In this document: positions 51,575 through 61,662 of the stretch, piece after piece
Numbering within the stretch: the stretch's first letter is position 1
Layout of the letters: each line of letters opens with the position of its first letter
NCBI GenBank assembly: GCA_950097015.1
Contig: CATNEN010000025.1
Span: 5,270,001 to 5,334,000, forward strand
Direction of reading: 5' to 3'
Source of the DNA: Macrostomum hystrix
Taxonomy: Eukaryota > Animalia > Platyhelminthes
Length of the DNA: 64,000 bases
Notes under the pieces: generated by a model
The model's input: the letters and a program-made list of their open reading frames with translations, nothing else
Told to the model about the DNA's origin: nothing
The model's database searches: none
Program-made: the position numbers and the translations under genes

Positions 51575-52969
51575 TCAGAAGCCGAACGATGAGTCCTCCA
51601 TCTCGTACGGACTGCGGCCGCAGTTGCAGCAGGCGTCTCGGCAGCGACGATCGCGACTGAAGCGCCGCCTGACCCAGTCGGCTAGACGCCCGACGCTGCG
51701 GTGCCACAGTCGGCTGAACGCGGTCCGGTACTGCCGGTTGGCGCTGGCGTAGATCAGGCTGTTAGTAGCGAAGTGCACTAAGTAGAGCGTCTGGGCCAGC
51801 CTGCGCAGCAGGTTGAACATCAGGGAGCCGAAGGTGGTGTTGAAGGTGACGGTGTAGCCGCAGATTAGCACAAGGTAATTGGGCAGGTTAAGAAGCACGT
51901 AAGCTAGGGAGAAACCGAGCAGCATGCTGGTGACTTGGCTCTGCAACCGGCTGCCTGAGGTGGATGTTAGTTGCGTCGGCTCGTTGCTATGGCAACTGCG
52001 CTGCGTCTCGGCGCTCCCGGCTCCCAGGGTGATCATCTGGTAGGAGCAACGGTCTGTTGGCTCGCCTACTGGCTCATCGAGCTCCAGCTCTTCGGTTTTA
52101 ATAACCGGAACTCTGAGCGATCCGAATGCGGAGGTGGTGGCGGCGGCTGCGGCGGCAGCAGCGGCAGCAGCAGCAGCGGCGGCTGCGGCGGCGGCGGCGG
52201 CGGCTGCAGCGGCTTCTGCCCTGGCCAGACTGTTGTAGGTGCGGCGCACTCGGTAGCAGATGAAGATGTTCAATGAGGTTAGCAGCAGACCGGGCACCAC
52301 AGAGGAGCCGAGGCTGTCCAGAACTGCCAGAGCTTCAGCACCCGGCCTAGGCTTGCAGTTCATCGTGGTTCCGTTGAAGCTGGGGTCGGCTTCGTAAACG
52401 TTTGTATAGAAAACATGCGTGTTCAACAGTACAGACAGGAGCACAAGGCAGCCGAGAAGGTGCCGAGATCTGGCGCAGCCTCCGCAGCGTCCTCCGCCTC
52501 CAGTACCGCTGTAGCCTCCGCCGCTGCCGCCTCCGCCTTCACCTCCGCCTCCGCCGCCGATGCCGTGGCCGGATACGCAGAGCACCCGGTCGAGCGTGAT
52601 GCACACCAGCAGCCAGGGACTCAGCAGGGCAAAGACGCTGTAAGCGAAGATGGATGCGAAGCAGCCAACCAGGCTGTGGATGTGCAGGTCGGAGTTCCTC
52701 ACCAGCAGGTAGCTCAGCAGAAGCAGAAGATCATTTAGCGATAGAAATCGCAGGTAGGCGGCCAGGTAGTGCCGCCAGATGACTCTCTGTGAGAACACCA
52801 GACAGCTCACAAGGTTCGCAGCGATACCAGCAATCAGAATGGGAGTGTCCAGGGAATGTAGCAGCCACATCAGCCAAGTGAAGCACTTGTAGACTTGATG
52901 TAGCTGAGCATCCGCACTGCTCATGCTAACTCCTGAGTCGTTTGAGATGCTGAGCGTCAACTGAGACAT
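51575..52969 (-). CDS. Intronless class A (rhodopsin-like) GPCR, peptide-receptor type (FMRFamide/TRH-receptor-like motifs), 464 aa
   Basis: Seven hydrophobic segments. TM1 ILIAGIAANLVSCLVF, TM2 YLRFLSLNDLLLL, TM3 SPWLLVCITLDRVLCV, TM5 LLTSLNIFICYRV, TM6 FSLAYVLLNLPNY, TM7 HFATNSLIYA, helix 8 YRTAF. Cys before TM3 and in ECL2. N-glycosylation sequons NDS and NGT. Confidence 0.93.
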   Translation of the reverse strand: MSQLTLSISNDSGVSMSSADAQLHQVYKCFTWLMWLLHSLDTPILIAGIAANLVSCLVFSQRVIWRHYLAAYLRFLSLNDLLLLLSYLLVRNSDLHIHSLVGCFASIFAYSVFALLSPWLLVCITLDRVLCVSGHGIGGGGGGEGGGGSGGGYSGTGGGGRCGGCARSRHLLGCLVLLSVLLNTHVFYTNVYEADPSFNGTTMNCKPRPGAEALAVLDSLGSSVVPGLLLTSLNIFICYRVRRTYNSLARAEAAAAAAAAAAAAAAAAAAAAAAAAATTSAFGSLRVPVIKTEELELDEPVGEPTDRCSYQMITLGAGSAETQRSCHSNEPTQLTSTSGSRLQSQVTSMLLGFSLAYVLLNLPNYLVLICGYTVTFNTTFGSLMFNLLRRLAQTLYLVHFATNSLIYASANRQYRTAFSRLWHRSVGRLADWVRRRFSRDRRCRDACCNCGRSPYEMEDSSFGF

Positions 52970-53107
52970 TGTTTCTGAATTTTTTTAAAAAAGTCTCTAA
53001 TTGTTTTTTTTCTCTGTATCTACAGCAGGATTCGGATTCTAAGACACACAATTATAGGAACGGGTAGCTGCGGTTTGGGAGGTTATCAGAAACTTCACTG
53101 CCTTGTT

Positions 53108-53184
53108 CTCCGCCCCACCCACTCCAGTTTTCCACCCAGGGAATCCAATTAGAGAGGATCCAGGGGCAGCCAATAGCGATTGGC
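53108..53184 (-). promoter_or_regulatory. Candidate proximal promoter of the GPCR: GC box plus three CCAAT boxes
   Basis: GGGGCGGAG on minus (53108-53116), CCAAT at 53145-53149, and palindromic GCCAAT-AGCG-ATTGGC at 53169-53184, 140-215 bp upstream of the ATG. Confidence 0.45.
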
Positions 53185-53454
53185 TTTTCCAAGTTCAGCA
53201 AGGCGAAGATTTCAGAAAAACGTCTCTGCTACCCTACCGGACAGGACTGGGGGAACGTCGTGTCCTTTATCCTCTTGCGTCTTCTCCCCTCTGCCTCTCC
53301 GTGTGTGTGTTTTATCTTTAAAGTTATCCCAACTGTATGTTTTATCTCGCCAATCCGGCTTCCATCTGCAGACAATTATATTCCAACAAAAGTATTTGTT
53401 CTTTAACGTTTAACGTGATTGTAAATTTTTTGGCCTTTAGCAAGGCAATTAGCT

Positions 53455-53526
53455 CTGCTTCAGTTCAACCAGCTGTTCGATGGGTACTAGCATTAGCTGG
53501 CACCCCCCAGTCCATGGACTGAACCG
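53455..53526 (+). mobile_element. Family A SINE internal fragment
   Basis: TTCAGTTCAACCAGCTGTTCGATGGGTACTAGCATT..CCCCAGTCCATGGACTGAAC. Confidence 0.75.
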
Positions 53527-53551
53527 TTTTTAGCTGCGGCTAAACCAATCA

Positions 53552-54050
53552 CTGTACAAAACTAATTTGCTGTGTACTAAACTAAATTACTGTGTAATAA
53601 TTTTTTTGCTGTGTACTAAATTGAATTGCTGTGTACAAAACTAATTTGCTGCATACTAAACTAATTTGCTGTGTACTAAACTAATTTTCTGTGTACTAGA
53701 CTAATTTATACAGAATCTGTACAAAACTAAATTGCTGTGTACTAAACTAATTTTCTGTGTACTAGACTAATTTATACAGAATCTGTACAAAACTAAATTG
53801 CTGTATACTAAACTAAATTTCTGTGAAATAAACTAAATTGCTGTGTACTAAACTAATTTGCTGTGTACTAAACTAATTTGCTGTGTACTAAACTGATTTG
53901 CTGTATACTAAACTAATTTGCTGTGTACTAAACTGATTTGCTGTGTACTAAACTAATTTGCTGTGTACTAAACTAATTTGCTGTGTACTAGACTAATTTA
54001 AACAGAATCTGTACAAAACTAAATTGCTGTGTAATAAACTGGCTAGATTT
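53552..54050. repeat. 20-bp minisatellite (GCTGTGTACTAAACTAATTT) with a longer ACAGAATCTGT-containing variant
   Basis: Read directly. Confidence 0.9.
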
Positions 54051-54614
54051 TTAATAAACTAAACGAAAACAAATTGTTGAGTAAAAAACTGAAACTCATT
54101 AGTAAACAAAATTAAATTCTGCGTACTAACTACTCTGTACTGCTCTGTTAACAACTAAATGTGTCTCGAATAAATTTTCTGAAAATATTGAGCTATTTTA
54201 GTTTAGCTATTTTAGTTAGCGTTTATACTCTTTGCAGACATCTCAAACAGCCAGCGCGATGTCATGCAGAAAACTGACAAGGCGAGAGGCAGCGAGGAGG
54301 AAAACTCCCATACTTGGTTCTCGAATTCCTTTTTTTCAAAAAAGAAAGCATTTTCCCGCTCAAAATTTGAGGAAAGTGCTGCTTGCTTTGAATGATGCAC
54401 GTTCCAGAGCCCCAGATGAATTGGAAAGAATAGAGCCCTGCTAGAGGCAAATAATTAAAACGAGTCCTGTGATTTTTTTCTAGCCTCGGCTATTCTAGCT
54501 TCATTGTATTTGTAATGCACTTTTCTGCATACTAAACAAAGATATAGCTTTTCGTCATAGCGAAGCGATAAAAAGCCTTTATGACGATTGGGAGAAAAGG
54601 GCTATTAACGATGA

Positions 54615-54935
54615 GAAAATCCCTACGGGAAAATCCCTACGGGAAAATCCCTACGGGAAAATCCCTACGGGAAAATCCCTACGGGAAAATCCCTACGGGA
54701 AAATCCCTACGGGAAAATCCCTACGGGAAAATCCCTACGGGAAAATCCCTACGGGAAAATCCCTACGGGAAAATCCCTACGGGAAAATCCCTACGGGAAA
54801 ATCCCTACGGGAAAATCCCTACGGGAAAATCCCTACGGGAAAATCCCTACGGGAAAATCCCTACGGGAAAATCCCTACGGGAAAATCCCTACAGGAAAAT
54901 CCCTACGGGAAAATCCCTACGGTGAAATCCCTACG
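54615..54935. repeat. 14-bp near-perfect minisatellite (GAAAATCCCTACGG), ~23 units
   Basis: ATCCCTACGG at 54661 and 54675; I see only one internal substitution (ACAGG near 54891). Confidence 0.97.
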
Positions 54936-55599
54936 TCCGTGTGCTTAAGTCCGTAGTCCAAGCTTTACTGTCGTCTTTAATTGTGCAAATTATTTGACCA
55001 ATACATTTGACCTGGCAATGTAGTCTCGCTTGAATCGGCAGACAGAACAAACAATTTTACTACTCAAACTCAGAGATCAAAGGCGGGATTTTGTGAAAGT
55101 TGAAGACTTTGTCCTAACTTTTAATGTCGAAGGATTTCAAGATGGGAGCGGTTAGTAGTGATCCACAACTTCGTAAACTCTTTTCTACAAAGGCAAAGGG
55201 ATAATGTTTTTTGGATGCAGTGAATTCAACTGAAAGAACGCTCACTACACGGTTCAGCCTCTCAACAGAAAGCCAAGTGCCAAAGCCAAAGCCAAGCCAA
55301 GTCCTCTAGATCTATTTTACGACAATTACACAGTATAACGCTTTAAACATATCAGTCTCAGGGGTGTGGGCATTTGCATTAGATGGGAAATTTGTATTGG
55401 ATGTGAGTATGATATCTAGAAAGGGGATACTTTTGCGAAGGGATATTTCAGTGGGATGGGATATTTGAGTACGCTTGTAGGATAGGATAGCTGCGTGCGA
55501 TGGAATTATTGTTTCGGATGGGATTTTAAAGAAAGATAGAAAGAAAATTATGGGGGCCGGGATACTTCAGTACAATGGGATATTTTAGTAAGGACGGGG

Positions 55600-56240
55600 A
55601 TTTTAGTTGGATGGGATATTTAAATAGGGTAAGATGTTTAAGAAGGGTGGGATATTTAAGTAGGGTGGGATATTTAAGAAGGGTGGGATATTTGAGTAGG
55701 GTGGGATATTTAAGTAGCGTGGGATATTAAAGAAGGGTGGGATATTTGAGTAGGGTGGGATATTTGAGTAGGGTGGGATATTTAAGTAGGGTGGGATATT
55801 TGAGTAGGGTGGGATATTTAAGTAGCGTGGGATATTAAAGAAGGGTGGGATATTTGAGTAGGGTGGGATATTTGAGTAGGGTGGGATATTTAAGTAGGGT
55901 GGGATATTTGAGTAGGGTGGGATATTTGAGTAGCGTGGGATATTTAAGAAGGGTGGGATATTTGAGTAGGGTGGGATATTTAAGTAGCGTGGGATATTTA
56001 AGAAGGGTGGGATATTTAAGTTGGGTGGGATATTTAAGTAGGGTGGGATATTTGAGTAGGGTGGGATATTTAAGTAGCGTGGGATATTTAAGTAGGGTGG
56101 GATATTTGAGTAGGGTGGGATATTTAAGTAACGTGGGATATTTAAGAAGGGTGGGATATTTAAGTTGGGTAGGATAGTTAAGAAAAGTGGGATATTTAAT
56201 TTTGGTGGAATATTTGAGTACGTTGGAATATTTAAGTAGG
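55600..56240. repeat. 18-bp G-rich minisatellite (GGGTGGGATATTTRAGTA) with degenerate flanks (~55440-56390)
   Basis: GATATTTG at 55741 and 55759; VGYLSR periodicity. Confidence 0.95.
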
Positions 56241-56839
56241 GTTGGATGTTTGAGAAGAATGAGATATTGTGCGTGGGATGGGGTGTTTGAGTAAGATTGG
56301 ATAATTTTTGTGCGGTTGGAAATTTGAGTGTGGAATATTTAAGAAGGATGAGATATTATTTAGGCTTGGGGTACTGATGTAGGATGGCGGTTTTGTTATG
56401 TAATTCTTCCTGATACCATTTTTAATTCCTTCGGATCATAGATAAGTAGTCATGTACTTTAATAGGTATTTGAAAGTGACAAGTATTTCATTTTTTACTT
56501 CTACTTTTCTACTTTTCTACTTCCATCAAACCTTCGATTTCACAGAGTTGCATTGTGGATTGACATCTGTAGCCTTAGCAGTAAAGCCGTGACGAACTAT
56601 AAAAGTACATCGACAGCAAAGTACGAGCGTAAGTTTTCTTTGCTTTACCCATCGCGCTGTGTCTTCGCCTTTTATATTTGGGAATTCTATATCTTTGTTA
56701 CTGTTTGTTCCATGCAAAAACTGTCATCTTAAGAAAGAGTGCGTGTTGCATGCACTCCTTTTATCCAGTATCTCATTCTTCACTGTCACCTGGAGGCACT
56801 GATTTCTACAAGATAAGCAATAAATAAACAAGAAAGTTA

Positions 56840-57432
56840 AAAGCATGTACATTCGGATAGAAAGTATGTACACTCGGATAGAAAGTATGTACACTCGGAT
56901 AGAAAGTATGTACACTCGGATAGAAAGTATGTACACTCGGATAGAAAGTATGTACACTCGGATAGAAAGTATGTACACTCGGATAGAAAGTATGTACACT
57001 CGGATAGAAAGTATATACACTCGGATAGAAAGTATGTACACTCGGATAGAAAGTATGTACACTCGGATAAAAAGTATGTACATTCGGATAGAAAGTATGT
57101 ACACTCGGATAGAAAGTATGTACACTCGGATAGAAAGTATGTACACTCGGATAGAAAGTATGTGCACTCGGATAGAAAGTATGTACACTCGGATAGCAAG
57201 TATGTACACTATGGTTAGAAAGTATGTACACTCGGATAGAAAGTATGTACACTCGGATAGAAAGTATGTACACTCGGATAGAAAGTATGTACACTCGGAT
57301 AGAGAGTATGTACACTATGGTTAGAAAGTATGTACATTCCGATGGAAAGTATGTACATTCCGATAGAAAGTATGTACATTACGATAGAAAGTATGTACAC
57401 TATGGTAAGAAAGTATGTACACTCAGATAGAA
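56840..57432. repeat. 21-bp minisatellite (GATAGAAAGTATGTACACTCG)
   Basis: IESMYTR periodicity; read directly. Confidence 0.96.
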
Positions 57433-57849
57433 ACAAGACTTGTTGGCAGAAATAAATTTCGAGCATAAAGAAACCTCGTTCTAAGACTCATTTTTTTGAG
57501 TAGGCCGAAGTTTCACATCGCGTGCCGGTCATTCGGTGAAAAAAACACGAAATCTTCGAGGAGACTTTTATTTCTGATCCCTAGTCCAAAAATAAATAAT
57601 GCAAGAGCAGGAGAAAAAAGTACTGGGATTTTCCAACCGGGTCACGACAAGCCTTTTAAGCAAGGCCAGGCCGCAAAACAGCTTCCCAACTTTTTGGAAT
57701 CAAAATAACAAGTGCTAAGGCAGTGGTCTCCAGGGACACTCCACTCGCTTCTCTGTTGCTATTTTCCGGCAATCTTTTAGCAATCAGACTTCAAACACTT
57801 CAGTGAAAACTTTCCACTTATATTCACTTGCCGCAGCACTAAGTAACTT

Positions 57850-59520
57850 GCCAGCTCTCACTGTCTCACTCTCTCCAGCTCTCACTGTCTCACTCTCTCT
57901 CCAGCTCTCACTGTCTCACTCTCTCTCCAGCTCTCACTGTCTCACTCTCTCTCCAGCTCTCACTGTCTCACTCTCTCTCCAGCTCTCACTGTCTCACTCT
58001 CTCCAGCTCTCACTGTCTCACTCTCTCCAGCTCTCACTGTCTCACTCTCTCCAGCTCTCACTGTCTCACTCTCTCTCCAGCTCTCACTGTCTCACTCTCT
58101 CTCCAGCTCTCACTGTCTCACTCTCTCCAGCTCTCACTGTCTCACTCTCTCTCCAGCTCTCACTGTCTCACTCTCTCCAGCTCTCACTGTGTCACCCTCT
58201 CCAGCTCTCACTGTCTCACTCTCTCCAGCTCTCACTATCTCACTCTTTCCAGCTCTCACTGTCTCACTCTCTCCAGCTCTCACTGTCTCACTCTCTCCAG
58301 CTCTCACCGTCTCACTCTCTCCAGCTCTCACTGTCTCACTCTCTCTCCAGCTCTCACTGTCTCACTCTCTCCAGCTCTCACTGTCTCACTCTCTCTCCAG
58401 CTCTCACTGTCTCACTCTCTCCAGCTCTCACTGTCTCACTCTCTCTCCAGCTCTCACTGTCTCACTCTCTCTCCAGCTCTCACTGTCTCACTCTCTCTCC
58501 AGCTCTCACTGTCTCACTCTCTCCAGCTCTCACTGTCTCACTCTCTCCAGCTCTCACTGTCTCACTCTCTCTCCAGCTCTCACTGTCTCACTCTCTCCAG
58601 CTCTCACTGTCTCACTCTCTCTCCAGCTCTCACTGTCTCACTCTCTCCAGCTCTCACTGTGTCACCCTCTCCAGCTCTCACTGTCTCACTCTCTCCAGCT
58701 CTCACTATCTCACTCTTTCCAGCTCTCACTGTCTCACTCTCTCCAGCTCTCACTGTCTCACTCTCTCCAGCTCTCACCGTCTCACTCTCTCCAGCTCTCA
58801 CTGTCTCACTCTCTCTCCAGCTCTCACTGTCTCACTCTCTCCAGCTCTCACTGTCTCACTCTCTCTCCAGCTCTCACTGTCTCACTCTCTCTCCAGCTCT
58901 CACTGTCTCACTCTCTCCAGCTCTCACTGTCTCACTCTCTCTCCAGCTCTCACTGTCTCACTCTCACTCCAGCTCTCACTGTCTCACTCTCTCTCCAGCT
59001 CTCACTGTCTCACTCTCTCTCCAGCTCTCACTGTCTCACTCTCTCCAGCTCTCACTGTGTCACTCTCTCCAGCTCTCACTGTCTCACTCTCTCCAGCTCT
59101 CACTGTCTCACTCTCTCCAGCTCTCACTGTCTCACTCTCTCCAGCTCTCACTGTGTCACTCTCTCCAGCTCTCACTGTCTCACTCTCTCCAGCTCTCACT
59201 GTCTCACTCTCTCTCCAGCTCTCACTGTCTCACTCTCTCCAGCTCTCACTGTCTCACTCTCTCCAGCTCTCACTGTGTCACTCTCTCCAGCTCTCACTGT
59301 CTCACTCTCTCTCCAGCTCTCACTGTCTCACTCTCTCCAGCTCTCACTGTCTCACTCTCTCTCCAGCTCTCACTGTCTCACTCTCTCCAGCTCTCACTGT
59401 GTCACCCTCTCCAGCTCTCACTGTCTCACTCTCTCCAGCTCTCACTGTCTCACTCTCTCTCCAGCTCTCACTGTCTCACTCTCTCCAGCTCTCACTGTGT
59501 CACCCTCTCCAGCTCTCTCT
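57850..59520. repeat. 24/26-bp pyrimidine-rich satellite (CCAGCTCTCACTGTCTCACTCTCT[CT])
   Basis: Read directly. Identical ORFs 58134-58331 and 58604-58801 mark a 470-bp internal duplication. Confidence 0.97.
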
Positions 59521-60372
59521 TTTACGCTCTCTTTTTGTTCTTATATAATTATATGTAGCCGCCTGTTTTGGACCGGCCACAACTCAACCCAAATATTCGT
59601 TCCGCCCATCGAATGCCTACTGAGTGCCGTCCTGCCTGAGTCCCTCGGGTCGCGTAACTTTTTCTGGCGATGAAACTGGAGCTGAGCTCATCCCGCCTCG
59701 CAGATGAGAGCAGTCTGAATATGATATTGGATACATGGGACGTTAAGAATTCACAATTTACAACCATTTTTTAATCGCACTAGACTCTTCATTTCCTTCG
59801 CTCGTTCAGTCTCACTTACACTTACATTTGTCCAGGTTTGGTGCACATGTATAATGCACTAACACAAATGAATGTAAGTTTTATTTTTCCCTGCTAAAAT
59901 GTCAATTCCAGTGCATGTTTCTCTGTGTGTCTGTGGCTGTTGTCTCACGAGAGAGCAATATTATTGCGGCCGACAAGCCGGCAGGCGGTTTTTTTTTACA
60001 GATGAGGGCCTCTTAATCCAAGATTAAAAAATGATGAAAATTGATCAGATTCTTGCTCAAATGTCCTCAGAATCTTAAAAAAATGAAAAAAGGTTTGTGA
60101 AGCCTCATTGCCAAATGCAGTTCTAGAGGCTGATCCCAAGCCAATCTTGTATGCTGCGTCATTCTGTACATTTTTTGCCTGCGAATTAGTATTAAAGAGT
60201 CGAGACTTTTTCATTCCGAAATATAACTACTATAAGTAGAATATTGCGAAAAATCGATCGTAAACAGTGACGAAACGAACCCAATGAGTCATGTTACTAT
60301 TTATAGAATGGCTTGTCCACGATTGGAGGGCGTGATACTTAAAGGCTATTTTTAGCACTTTAAGTACTTTAA

Positions 60373-60428
60373 GGGGTTGAGTGGCAGAGCAGTTATCGCG
60401 ATTGCCCCTAGCACCAAGGTCCCTAGAT
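60373..60428 (+). mobile_element. Solo tRNA-like head of family B SINE
   Basis: GGGGTTGAGTGGCAGAGCAGTTATCGCGATTGCCCCTAGCACCAAGGTCCCTAG matches the reverse complement of ~1435-1489. Confidence 0.65.
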
Positions 60429-61662
60429 TAATTTTTGGGTGCAGTCCCAAAATTATATACATTAGCTAAGCCAGAAAAATAGGTTAAAATATCTGCAACA
60501 CAACTGAAAAATAAACTAAACAAAACTTAATTATATAAATATATTTAGCATAATGTAATAATGCATAGGACTACACAAAACTGGCTTGATATCGCAGTAA
60601 TTTTGTTTCTTTACAACACATACAAAATCACGAAATTGACGTCTATAGCTGGTTTATGAACGCAAAAAACAGCTAAATGCCATGAGACACACGGAGTAGT
60701 AGAGGCAACAGACACAAGAGGCGGAGAAAAATGGGGACTTAAGAAAAATACTAGAAGCAGAAAGAGCGAAAGAAATTGAAAAAATATAATGACTGGCACA
60801 ATATACATCGCTCTGACATGATCTCAGATAATATTTAGAAACACTCTTCGTTTGAGACAACAAAAAGAAAGCGAAAAACACGAATAATAAGTATAATAAC
60901 CTTTAATTCGATATTTGAAAATAAACACTAAATATGCTACTCGTGTAGTGAGATACTACGAGTATTTATCCCAAAAATCGATATTGTAAAACGTAAAGTC
61001 GCAACTAGCCGTTTTGTCTAGACCAGAACCGAAAATTATTGCGCAAAATTCCTATACGATTTGAGTAGCTGGATAAAATTAGTTTTTTTAGCGGGAATAT
61101 TACTAAAGCACACTGATAGTGTCCTTACTGCACTACTAAAAAGTAGAGTAATTTGCACATGCTTCGCTTAAAAACAGTTAGCAATTAAGCCAATCGATCA
61201 ATCAAAATACTTCTAATAGGGTGGCTCTAATAGGGACGTTTTAACGCAATATATTGCGGCGGAACAAATAGCTACGTAATCTAAACAACGCGATCATAGC
61301 TAGGTGATCTAACACACAAAAAACAACGCGAAAAAGTCAAAATAATCTATATTTTCTTCGGCAAGTCACTTTCAGAAAATCTGTTTTTAGAATGCAAAAA
61401 TCACGAACAACATAAATAATAATAATATTTGCTAAACACAGGATATAGTTTAGGATATAGCAGCTTAAAGCAATAGGTTCTAACTTAAGCATTGTTTCAT
61501 AGATCTGAAGTTCCTTGCATAATAGCAGCACTTGGTGCTTCATCCCTGGCTCTCAAGCAGCTTGGCCAACTGATTGATCAGCTCTCTGGCCCTGTTCAGT
61601 AGGTTCACTGCGCTGTGCCGCTCCGCCATGTCTGTTGTGAGGGGTGCGTTCGAGTTGCATTC

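Noticed and set aside
51971-52738. Plus-strand ORFs overlapping the GPCR
   Set aside because: Antisense shadows of GC-rich coding sequence with low-complexity translations.
54608-54618. ACGATGAGAAA at the start of the 14-bp array equals the SINE B hairpin loop
   Set aside because: A single 11-mer match with no flanking similarity; compatible with chance given the many comparisons made.
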